From Candidatus Gastranaerophilaceae bacterium (GTDB lineage: Bacteria; Cyanobacteriota; Vampirovibrionia; Gastranaerophilales; Gastranaerophilaceae), in the NCBI GenBank assembly GCA_965647125.1, contig CBFGCD010000001.1, forward strand, positions 186,449 to 250,448: a stretch of DNA of 64,000 nucleotides, in the 5' to 3' direction. Both the position numbers and the translations under genes were made by a program. Below are positions 17,614-25,963 of this stretch, one piece after another. Positions within the stretch are counted from its first letter, which is position 1, and each line of letters begins with the position of its first letter. The notes beneath the pieces were generated by a model that did no database searches, was not told the origin of the DNA, and saw only the letters and a list, made by a program, of their open reading frames with translations.

Positions 17614-19752
17614 ATGAAAAAAGATGAAAAAAAAGCTTCAATTTTTGTGTTTTGTTTTTGGATTCTTTTATTTTTTGCTGTTTTTTCTATTTTCAACATA
17701 ATAAAATTTAACTTTTATAATGCGGATGTAAAATATTCACATTCCGTCTTAGAAGAAGCAAGTATTAATTTTACCTTTAAACAAAAAATAAAATTAGGTT
17801 CAAGTTTTATGGTTTGTTTTAATGATGTTTGTAAAAATCCCGAATCTGATTCATTTTTAAATTCATATTATTTAAAATTCAACAAAGATTTTTTTAATTC
17901 GGATTTTTATTCAAAAAAATTATCAAATATTTCTTTTGTTTTTGATAAAAATGATGAAAAATTAATCGAAAACAATCTAAACGATATATATCTTTATGTT
18001 GGAAATCGTGCATTTAATTATCACAAAAAAGATATAAAAAATTTCAAGAAAAAAACCATAAAAATCAAAAAAGATGATTCAAAAAAAGAAAGCGAATTTG
18101 CCGCTATTGAAATTCCTAATGATTTTAAAACAAACTATAAAGGAAAATTGAATCATTTTATAACTTTGTTTTTAAATCTTTTTTATAATCCTTTAATGTT
18201 TTTAATCCCTTATTTTTGGCTGTTTATAGCGTTTTGTATTTATGCTTTTAAAAAAGATGAAATCAGTTTTGGATTTTTTACTGATTTTTTCAATAAAAAG
18301 AAAACTTATTACTCAATTTTCGGTTTAATAATTTTTATGACTGTTTTAACAAGATTCAATCTTTTGACTTATAATCCTTTGTGGTTTGACGAATTATATA
18401 CAAAAATTATTGCGATTGAAAATTTTAAATCTTGTTTTCAAGACCCGGGCAATCCACCTTTGTTTTTCTTGCTTGAATTTTTTGTTTCAAAAATAAATTC
18501 AAGCGACTTTGCACTAAAGCTCGTACCTTGTTTTTTAGGAATTACTCTGATTGTTTTAATTTATTTGCTGTTTAAAAATATAAATAAAAAACTCGCCCTT
18601 TTTGCAAGCTTTTTTGCGTTAATTAATACGATTTTTATCTACCATTCAAAAGAAATAAGAAGCTCGATTCTTTGTGCTTGTTTAATTGTTTTTTCAATTT
18701 ATGCTTTGTTTGAATATTTAAAAAATGGGAAAAATAAAAATTTTGTTTTGTTCTTAATTTCACAGATTTTATTGATAAACACGCATTATTACCTTGCTAT
18801 TCTTGCTTTTTGTAATTTTGTTTATGGCCTTGCGGGTATTTTTGATAATAAGGAAATTAGAAATAAAAAAAATATTATAAAATTTACTATTGGAAATATT
18901 TTTTGCGCTCTCAGTTTTTTTCCTTATCTTTTAATATCTTATAAATCGGCATTAGGAAAAGAATTTAACAGCTGGATTGGAAGCTTTGATAAATTAAAAT
19001 TTTTATATTCAATTAATGAATATTTTATAAATAAATATATATTTTTATTTTTGGCATTTATTGTATTGATAAATTTGATTTTAATATATCTTCCAAAAGA
19101 TAAATTAAAATTAAAAATAAAAACAAATCCAAATTTGGAAAATTTATATATTTATTTAATTTATTTGATAACACTTTTGTTGATTATAATCAGTTTGATT
19201 TCAATTTTAATTAAACCAATTTTTCACAAAAGACTTTTACTATCAATTTATCCTTTAATTTTTCTTATCGAAACAGTTTCAATTGCTTCTGTTTTAGAAT
19301 TTAAAAAACTTGAAAAATTACCTTTAATTCTAAAAGGGTTTTATTCAACAACTTTGTTTTTCATCTGTATGTTTATAACATATCCAATGCCTTTGGTGAA
19401 AATTTGTAAAGTTGATGATTATATGAATTTTATTTTAAACGATGCTTCAAAATATATTTCCAAAGGTTATGAAGTCCATGGGTTTTTAATTGATCATAAA
19501 GAAGTTTTGACTAAATATCCTAAAGTAGAAAAACTTGATATAAATTGGCATATTATCAAAGGGAATAAAGGTGAATATATTACAAAAATAAAAAAAGAAG
19601 ATTTTATTAATCCGAATAATAAAAATCAAAAAGCTGTTTTGTATTTAAATTCAATCGGTGTTGATTTTGAAAAAGCGCTTTTATATAATCCTAACGCCTA
19701 TATAATTTACACAAATTCTGTTGCAAATGCTAAAATAATTTATGATAACTAA
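17614..19752 (+). CDS. GT-C fold membrane glycosyltransferase (ArnT/PMT-like), tandem paralogue
   Basis: 712 aa. NPLWFDELYT and DPGNPPLFFLLEF. Same N-terminal module as the previous gene (VCFNDVCKNPESD, NDIYLYVGN, NYKGKLNHFI). GGGGAG SD. Confidence 0.65.
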   Translation: MKKDEKKASIFVFCFWILLFFAVFSIFNIIKFNFYNADVKYSHSVLEEASINFTFKQKIKLGSSFMVCFNDVCKNPESDSFLNSYYLKFNKDFFNSDFYSKKLSNISFVFDKNDEKLIENNLNDIYLYVGNRAFNYHKKDIKNFKKKTIKIKKDDSKKESEFAAIEIPNDFKTNYKGKLNHFITLFLNLFYNPLMFLIPYFWLFIAFCIYAFKKDEISFGFFTDFFNKKKTYYSIFGLIIFMTVLTRFNLLTYNPLWFDELYTKIIAIENFKSCFQDPGNPPLFFLLEFFVSKINSSDFALKLVPCFLGITLIVLIYLLFKNINKKLALFASFFALINTIFIYHSKEIRSSILCACLIVFSIYALFEYLKNGKNKNFVLFLISQILLINTHYYLAILAFCNFVYGLAGIFDNKEIRNKKNIIKFTIGNIFCALSFFPYLLISYKSALGKEFNSWIGSFDKLKFLYSINEYFINKYIFLFLAFIVLINLILIYLPKDKLKLKIKTNPNLENLYIYLIYLITLLLIIISLISILIKPIFHKRLLLSIYPLIFLIETVSIASVLEFKKLEKLPLILKGFYSTTLFFICMFITYPMPLVKICKVDDYMNFILNDASKYISKGYEVHGFLIDHKEVLTKYPKVEKLDINWHIIKGNKGEYITKIKKEDFINPNNKNQKAVLYLNSIGVDFEKALLYNPNAYIIYTNSVANAKIIYDN

Positions 19753-19762
19753 GGAGAAAATT

Positions 19763-20500
19763 ATGAAAATCGCTGTAATTTCAGATATCCATGCAAATAA
19801 ATCAGCTCTTGAAAGGGTTTTAGACGATATTAAAATTTTTTCACCTGATATAATATTTTGTCTGGGGGATTTAATTCTTGCAGGTTATAACCCTAATTAT
19901 GTTTGTCAAAAAATGTTGGATTTAAAAGATGAATATAATGACGATTTTATTATAATTCAAGGAAATACAGATAAAATGATTGCAAATTGCAGCGAGGATT
20001 TAATCGAGAAAACTAAAAAAGCGTTTCCGTGTATGGGGTATTCATTAGAAGATGATGTTAAAATAACAAATAAAAAATATATCGATTTTGTTAAAAACTT
20101 GAATGAAAAAGAAAAAATCGAAATTAACGGCTTGAAAATCGAACTTGTGCATGGTTCGCCGCGCAAACAAGATGAAAACATTTATCCTGATATGGACAAC
20201 GATGAGGTTGAAAAAATGGTTGATTCGTCTGATGCCGACTTAATTCTTTGCGGACATACACATATACCTTGCGGTTATACTTTAAATTCAGGCAAAACAA
20301 TAATTAATGCAGGCTCTGTCGGGCGTTCTATGACTGAAGATAAAAAATCGGTTTATCTTCAATTAACAATTGATAAAAATGCAAAGTTCTTTTCTGAGCA
20401 CAGGTTTGTTGAATATGATAATAAAATTGTTGCAAATCATATTTTAATGAGAAATTTTAAACATTGTGACGATTTGGCAAAAATGTACCTTAAAGATTAA
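19763..20500 (+). CDS. metallophosphoesterase (YfcE/MJ0936-like)
   Basis: MKIAVISDIHAN, CLGDL, GNTD, LVHGSP, CGHTHIP. ATG 19763 preceded by TAAGGAG. Confidence 0.8.
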   Translation: MKIAVISDIHANKSALERVLDDIKIFSPDIIFCLGDLILAGYNPNYVCQKMLDLKDEYNDDFIIIQGNTDKMIANCSEDLIEKTKKAFPCMGYSLEDDVKITNKKYIDFVKNLNEKEKIEINGLKIELVHGSPRKQDENIYPDMDNDEVEKMVDSSDADLILCGHTHIPCGYTLNSGKTIINAGSVGRSMTEDKKSVYLQLTIDKNAKFFSEHRFVEYDNKIVANHILMRNFKHCDDLAKMYLKD

Positions 20501-20547
20501 ATAACCATAAAATGATTTTATGGTAAAATATTTTAAAAGGAGTTAAA

Positions 20548-21708
20548 ATGAGTACTTTAGAAAATTTACACCACGAAGCATTAAAAGAATACGAAGAAAA
20601 AAACATTGATAAAGTTTTAGAAATATATCAAAATATTTTGGCAATTAACCCTGCAGATGAAATAGCACTCGGGTGTTTGATGGATATATATCTGGAAAAA
20701 GGTGATAAATTAAACTATTATTTAACCCGCGCCGATTTAAACACGGCTCAAAACAAGCTTGAATTTGCAATTAATGATGTCAAAAAAGCGCTTGAATTGG
20801 ATTTGGAAAATGTTGATGTCAGAACCCGTCTTGCTTTTATGTATAAATTTTCGGGAAAAAATTTAAAATCGATTGATGAATTTTTAAAAGTTTTAGAATA
20901 TGATAAAAATGCTTCAAAAGCATATTTTGAACTGATAGATTTATATATGTCGGAAGGTTCAATTGAATCTGCGATTGATATTGCAAACAGGGGTTTGGAA
21001 GTTTTTCCTGATGATGAAAATATTTCAAACGCGCTGTCGCAGTTGTATTTTAAAAATAATGACACAAAAAATGCGCTTCGGGTTGTAAAAGATGAATTTT
21101 TCAAAGTCAAAATTCTTCTTCAAGACAATCAAAATGATGAAGCAAAGGCGATTTTGGACAACTATACTTTAACAAATACTCCTTTAAACCGCAAAGCGGA
21201 TTTGCATATTCTAAAAGCTCAATATGCTTATAATACGGATAATTTCGAAGAATCTTTAAAAGAAGTTGATGAATACATTAAATTAAATAATCCAAACCCT
21301 GTTTCTTTTCAGATGAAAGCCTTAATTTATGAGGGGCTTGAGGATTATTTTAATGCTCATTTAAATTGGGGATTTTGTAAAAAACTGCTCCAAAAGCCCG
21401 ATGAAGCAATTGTTGAATTTGAAAATGCTTATCAAATTAATCCGAAAGATAAAACTGTTTTAGTAGAATTATATAATCTTTATCTTCAAAATAAAGAACG
21501 TTTTGTTGCGATTGAATATATGCAAAAAGTTTATGATATTGATAAAGATGAACAAGCCAAAAATATCTTAGCGGAATTTTATTATTCCCAAGGTAATTTT
21601 CAAAAAGCGGAAGAATTTGGGAAAACAAACGATAAACCGCAAGAAAACTATACCGGTCTGATTGATAAAATCATGGGATTTTTTACAAAAGATAAAGATA
21701 AAGTTTAA
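20548..21708 (+). CDS. TPR-repeat protein
   Basis: 386 aa of repeated about 34-aa helical units (A..Y..IL.INP.D, A...F..AYQINPKD). AAAGGAG SD. Confidence 0.6.
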   Translation: MSTLENLHHEALKEYEEKNIDKVLEIYQNILAINPADEIALGCLMDIYLEKGDKLNYYLTRADLNTAQNKLEFAINDVKKALELDLENVDVRTRLAFMYKFSGKNLKSIDEFLKVLEYDKNASKAYFELIDLYMSEGSIESAIDIANRGLEVFPDDENISNALSQLYFKNNDTKNALRVVKDEFFKVKILLQDNQNDEAKAILDNYTLTNTPLNRKADLHILKAQYAYNTDNFEESLKEVDEYIKLNNPNPVSFQMKALIYEGLEDYFNAHLNWGFCKKLLQKPDEAIVEFENAYQINPKDKTVLVELYNLYLQNKERFVAIEYMQKVYDIDKDEQAKNILAEFYYSQGNFQKAEEFGKTNDKPQENYTGLIDKIMGFFTKDKDKV

Positions 21709-21709
21709 A

Positions 21710-21892
21710 ATGGGCGAGAAAAATTTTAAAAAAAGCATGTTTGATGATTTTTCTTATGATGAATCAAAAAACGATAAATTAAAAAAAGCCGAAACGGATA
21801 AAAAGCTTAATTCAATGCGCCAAATGCTTTTAAATGATGAAAGGGCAAAAGAATTTGCCCTTAAATTAACACAATATTTAAAAGAAAATTAG
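21710..21892 (+). CDS. small hypothetical protein (60 aa, K/E-rich)
   Basis: ATG 2 nt after the TPR gene stop, with no clear SD. The track version (21662) overlaps the TPR gene. Confidence 0.35.
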   Translation: MGEKNFKKSMFDDFSYDESKNDKLKKAETDKKLNSMRQMLLNDERAKEFALKLTQYLKEN

Positions 21893-21897
21893 ACTTT

Positions 21898-22824
21898 TTA
21901 CATTTTCATTAGTGCCGATTCTAAATTTTTGTAAATTACATTAAGTTCGTAAGTATTTGTTTTATTGTCATTAAATACTGCATATTCTCCAATTGGAACA
22001 CCTGCGTATTTGTTTTTGTTGATGTGAGCATATTTCTTTGTAAAAAGAGTCGTTGAGCAGGCTTGGTTTTTGAAATTACAGCTTTGAATATCATAATGTC
22101 TTTTTTTGATGTCGGAAATTTGCGTATTTTTTTCAAAAGCCTCTGTTGTAATGCTTGGGGTTATTGTTAAATTGTATTTTTCAAGAGTTATTTTTCTTAT
22201 TTTTGCAAGATAATGCAATAATGTGTCATATACCGCATCATATCCTAAAAAATCATTTGAAATTATAACCAAACAATCACTCAAGGACATTTTTACCCTG
22301 TGCCGGAATTTAAAAAGCCTTTGTTCCAGATTTAAAAACACAATGCTGTTTAGCTTTCGTTTAAAATCTTCGCCAATTTCTTTTTGACCTTTATAATCAA
22401 TTGACAAACAAATCGAGTATTGTTTTATTGCATCAAATTGCCTTAAATAATCAAGTTTTGCTTTAACTTCTTCTCTGTGTTTATTTTCTTCAATTAATTT
22501 ATCATGATATTTTAAAAGCTTTTCTTCTTTTTTGTCACAATAAAAATAACTGAAAAATAAAGGTAAAATTAGTGCAAAAAGCGTTATTGAAGTATTTTTA
22601 TAAATTTCAAAACCCTCGCCGTTTGGAAAAAGAAAATTTGCCAGAGGCGAGAAATATTGCGAAGTATAGCTGTAAACCATATCATCGCAGATTAAAAATA
22701 TCCAATAAATAAAATAAACCATGCTCGATATTGCGCAAGTAATTATTGCAGCATCAATAATCTGTCGTATTTTTTTAAATTTTAATTTTAAATCGAGCGA
22801 ATAATTGTCAAATTCAAAAATCAT
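21898..22824 (-). CDS. membrane protein: 2 TM + coiled coil + about 170-aa C-terminal domain (unknown; faint nucleotidyl-cyclase-like pattern)
   Basis: TM segments AAIITCAISSMVYFIYWIFLI and ITLFALILPLFFSYFY, then KLLKYHDKLIEENKHREEVKAKLDYL. The C-terminal domain is unassigned. Confidence 0.5.
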   Translation of the reverse strand: MIFEFDNYSLDLKLKFKKIRQIIDAAIITCAISSMVYFIYWIFLICDDMVYSYTSQYFSPLANFLFPNGEGFEIYKNTSITLFALILPLFFSYFYCDKKEEKLLKYHDKLIEENKHREEVKAKLDYLRQFDAIKQYSICLSIDYKGQKEIGEDFKRKLNSIVFLNLEQRLFKFRHRVKMSLSDCLVIISNDFLGYDAVYDTLLHYLAKIRKITLEKYNLTITPSITTEAFEKNTQISDIKKRHYDIQSCNFKNQACSTTLFTKKYAHINKNKYAGVPIGEYAVFNDNKTNTYELNVIYKNLESALMKM

Positions 22825-23033
22825 CTCTTTATTTCTCCTTGTGCTATTTTATTAAAGTAGTCTTATTAAAAAAAATTGCGCATTTGAAAAAAAAATTGTA
22901 AATTTTTTTTAACATTTGTTTTCATTTTTTAATTTTTATTCAAATAAAGTTTTAAAAAAATTTTTTTAAAACTAGCCCAAACGGGTAATTTTTATTAATT
23001 AACCTCTGATAATTTAACTTTTAAAATTTTTTT

Positions 23034-23042
23034 GTTATAATT
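23034..23042 (+). promoter_or_regulatory. extended -10 element TGTTATAAT upstream of secD
   Basis: TGnTATAAT match about 30 nt before ATG 23072. The same 9-mer precedes the tRNA-Pro pair. Confidence 0.35.
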
Positions 23043-23071
23043 TATTTAAGAATTATAATTTGAGGAAAAAA

Positions 23072-24385
23072 ATGAAAAATAAATTAATTATTTTTTGGTT
23101 TATTATTGCTATCACATTAGGCAGTATTTTTGTAGTTTATAAAAAACCAACAAGCCTCGGACTCGATTTAGTCGGAGGTTCAAGATTGATACTTGAAGCA
23201 CAGGCATCGGAATCTGTTCCGAAAATTACCCCCGAAATCATGGACAGCTTACAATATGCTATTGAAAACAGGGTAAATGCCATGGGTGTCGGCGAAACTT
23301 TGGTTCAAAGAGTCGGTGCTAAAAGACTTCTTGTTGAAATTCCAAATATAAAAGATACAACAAAAGCAAAAGAGTTTATTGGTCAAACTGCTGAATTAGA
23401 ATTCAAAAGACCAATAATGAGCCCGCAGGGTGAAATAACAGGCTGGCAATCAACAGGTTTAACAGGTAAAGATTTAAAAAAAGCATTGGTAGGCTCAACC
23501 CCCCAAACTGCAGAATGGATGGTTGAACTTGAATTTAATATGGAAGGTGCTAAAAAATTCTATGATTTAACAAAAGAATTATCAGGAAAGCAAATGGCAA
23601 TCTTCTTTAATGGCGAACTTCAATCCGATCCGCGTGTTAATGAGCCGATTGCAGGCGGCAGAGCGCAAATCACAGGCGGCAATGGCGGATTTCAATACGA
23701 AGAAGCAAAACAAATGGTTGATTTGCTAAACGCAGGTGCACTTCCTGTTGGTGCGGAAATTATTCAGGAAGAATCAGTCGGTCCGACATTAGGACAAGAC
23801 AGTATAAATAAATCTAAAATTGCAGGTTTAATCGGTATCTCTGCTGTTATGATTTTCATGCTTGTTTACTACCGCGTTTTGGGTTTAATTTCTTGCTTTG
23901 CGTTGATAATTTACGCGCTTATCAACTTTGCTATTTATAAACTTGTTCCCGTAACTTTGACTTTAACGGGAATTGCAGGTTTTATTTTATCAATCGGTAT
24001 GGCAATTGATGCTAATATCTTGATTTTTGAACGTACAAAAGAAGAATTGAAAATGGGCAGAAGCTTGTTCACTGCGATTAATTCCGGTTTTGACAGAGCT
24101 TTCGCAAGTATTTTTGATTCAAATGTTTCAACAATTATTACCTGCTTGATTTTATATGTCTTTGGCGCTTCAATGGTTAAAGGATTTGCTTTGACTTTGA
24201 TAATCGGTGTCTGCCTTTCAATGTTCAGCGCAATTACCGTTACTAAAAACTTCATGCACTTAATCTTTGGAACAAGCGAGCTTAAATATCCTCAATTGTT
24301 CGGTTTAAAACAAGAAGACATTGCAAACGCTTATAAAGCAGAAGAAACAAAACGTGAAAAAGCCAAGTTCGGCGTTTTAGATTAA
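23072..24385 (+). CDS. secD: protein translocase subunit SecD
   Basis: LGLDLVGGSRLILEA, periplasmic domain, C-terminal 6 TM with GIAGFILSIGMAIDANILIFER. GAGGAA SD before ATG 23072. Confidence 0.9.
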   Translation: MKNKLIIFWFIIAITLGSIFVVYKKPTSLGLDLVGGSRLILEAQASESVPKITPEIMDSLQYAIENRVNAMGVGETLVQRVGAKRLLVEIPNIKDTTKAKEFIGQTAELEFKRPIMSPQGEITGWQSTGLTGKDLKKALVGSTPQTAEWMVELEFNMEGAKKFYDLTKELSGKQMAIFFNGELQSDPRVNEPIAGGRAQITGGNGGFQYEEAKQMVDLLNAGALPVGAEIIQEESVGPTLGQDSINKSKIAGLIGISAVMIFMLVYYRVLGLISCFALIIYALINFAIYKLVPVTLTLTGIAGFILSIGMAIDANILIFERTKEELKMGRSLFTAINSGFDRAFASIFDSNVSTIITCLILYVFGASMVKGFALTLIIGVCLSMFSAITVTKNFMHLIFGTSELKYPQLFGLKQEDIANAYKAEETKREKAKFGVLD

Positions 24386-24421
24386 TAAAAATTAAGAATT
24401 TTGGCAAGGAGAAATTTAAAA

Positions 24422-25411
24422 ATGGCAAATACAAATTTAATAAAAGATAAATATAAAATTGATATTATAAAATACAGATACCTGTTTCTTGCACTTAGTG
24501 CAATTCTCTTAATTCCTTGTATTGCGGCAATAATTTATTTAAGCGTTACACAAGCAAACCATGCACCTTTAAAATTAGGCATTGATTTTACCGGCGGAAC
24601 AATTCTGCAATATAGCGTTGAAGGGGCAGTTCCGTCTGATAAAATTGCTAATTTAAGAGAAAAATTACTTGATAATGAAATCAAAAACCCGACAATCCAG
24701 GTTACTTCAACTTCATCAATTGATGATTCCACAGATAATCTGGTTTCAATTAAAACTGTCTTTATTGGTGATACTCAAAGTAAAAATACCGAAAATAAAA
24801 TAACGGAAATTGTTAGCCAAAATTTTGACAACGCACAGCTTGTACAGGTTAATTCCGTTGGTCCGACTCTTGGAAGTGAATTACTAAAAAATACAATGAT
24901 AGCTCTTATTATTTCATTTATTGCAATGGTAATTTATATTTCATTCCGCTTTCAGGTGGAATACGGCTGGATTGCACTGTTAGCATTATTACATGATGCT
25001 TTGTTTGTTATCGGTATTTTCGCTCTTAAGGGAATATTTTTCGACACAACCGTTGACAGTTTGTTTATTACGGCAATTTTAACCGTAATCGGTTATTCTG
25101 TTAATGATACGATTGTTGTATTTGACAGAATAAGAGAAAATATGAGATTTTTAGCTAAAAAACATTCGTCAAATGAAATTATAAATGCTTCAATTAACCA
25201 AACAATCGCGCGTTCAATTAATACTTCAGCTACAACATTATTTACTCTTTTAGCTTTGTATTTCTTTGGCGGCGTTACTATAAAAGAATTTGTTTTGGCA
25301 ATTATACTTGGCGTTTTGGTTGGTTCATATTCTTCAATTTTTATTGCAGGAAGTGTTCTGTCTATTGTTAAAGAAAAAATGACCAAGAAAAATATCCAAA
25401 GTGCACAATAA
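24422..25411 (+). CDS. secF: protein translocase subunit SecF
   Basis: LGIDFTGGT, GPTLGSEL, HDALFVIGIFAL, GYSVNDTIVVFDRIREN. AAGGAG SD before ATG 24422. Confidence 0.9.
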   Translation: MANTNLIKDKYKIDIIKYRYLFLALSAILLIPCIAAIIYLSVTQANHAPLKLGIDFTGGTILQYSVEGAVPSDKIANLREKLLDNEIKNPTIQVTSTSSIDDSTDNLVSIKTVFIGDTQSKNTENKITEIVSQNFDNAQLVQVNSVGPTLGSELLKNTMIALIISFIAMVIYISFRFQVEYGWIALLALLHDALFVIGIFALKGIFFDTTVDSLFITAILTVIGYSVNDTIVVFDRIRENMRFLAKKHSSNEIINASINQTIARSINTSATTLFTLLALYFFGGVTIKEFVLAIILGVLVGSYSSIFIAGSVLSIVKEKMTKKNIQSAQ

Positions 25412-25860
25412 TGAATCATAATAATAATCAAAAACATGATAAAATCTCCCTTGCTCAATTTGTAATCACAAAAAGGGAATCGCTCGGGTTATCTCAGGAA
25501 GAATTAGCAAATAAATCAAGCCTTGGAATTGATGAAATTCTTTCAATAGAACAAGGGCTTGATTTATTTTTGCCAACGACAATAAGACAAAAACTCGCCA
25601 AGGGCTTGAGGGTTGATAATAAAGAAATCAAAAAATATGAGAAAAGGACAGATTTTTCCCTTGTTAAAAAATCAAAAAATGATGAAATTAAAGAATTAAT
25701 TCTGCTTAATTCGAATAATCCTGATTTTGAAATAAAATGTCCTGTTTGCGGTGAAAAATTAATCACAAGAATTGCAAAGCTATATGACCTTGAGGATAAT
25801 TTGGTCTTGCATCCAAAAGCAAGATGTTCAAAATGTCCTTTTCAGTTGAGCGAAGAATAA
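25411..25860 (+). CDS. XRE-family HTH protein with C-terminal zinc ribbon
   Basis: HTH FVITKRESLGLSQEELANKSSLGIDEILSIEQG. CPVCGEKL...CSKCPF. Its start overlaps the secF stop codon by 1 nt (TAATG). Confidence 0.65.
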   Translation: MNHNNNQKHDKISLAQFVITKRESLGLSQEELANKSSLGIDEILSIEQGLDLFLPTTIRQKLAKGLRVDNKEIKKYEKRTDFSLVKKSKNDEIKELILLNSNNPDFEIKCPVCGEKLITRIAKLYDLEDNLVLHPKARCSKCPFQLSEE

Positions 25861-25963
25861 AATTAAAAATTTTTTTAATATTTCTTTACAAAGTTGAAAA
25901 AAATAGCATATTTTTTTAAAAATATTACTTTTAATTTATATAGGAGTTAAAAGTTTTATTATC

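Noticed and set aside
22825-23059. 235-bp intergenic stretch full of poly-A/poly-T runs, checked as a possible repeat array or CRISPR leader
   Set aside because: No periodic direct repeats or spacers. It looks like an ordinary AT-rich divergent promoter region upstream of secD.
25885-25915. CAAAGTTG...GCATATTT upstream of the 767-aa ORF as a sigma-28 promoter
   Set aside because: Both half-sites are degenerate, with no CCGA core and an off spacer.
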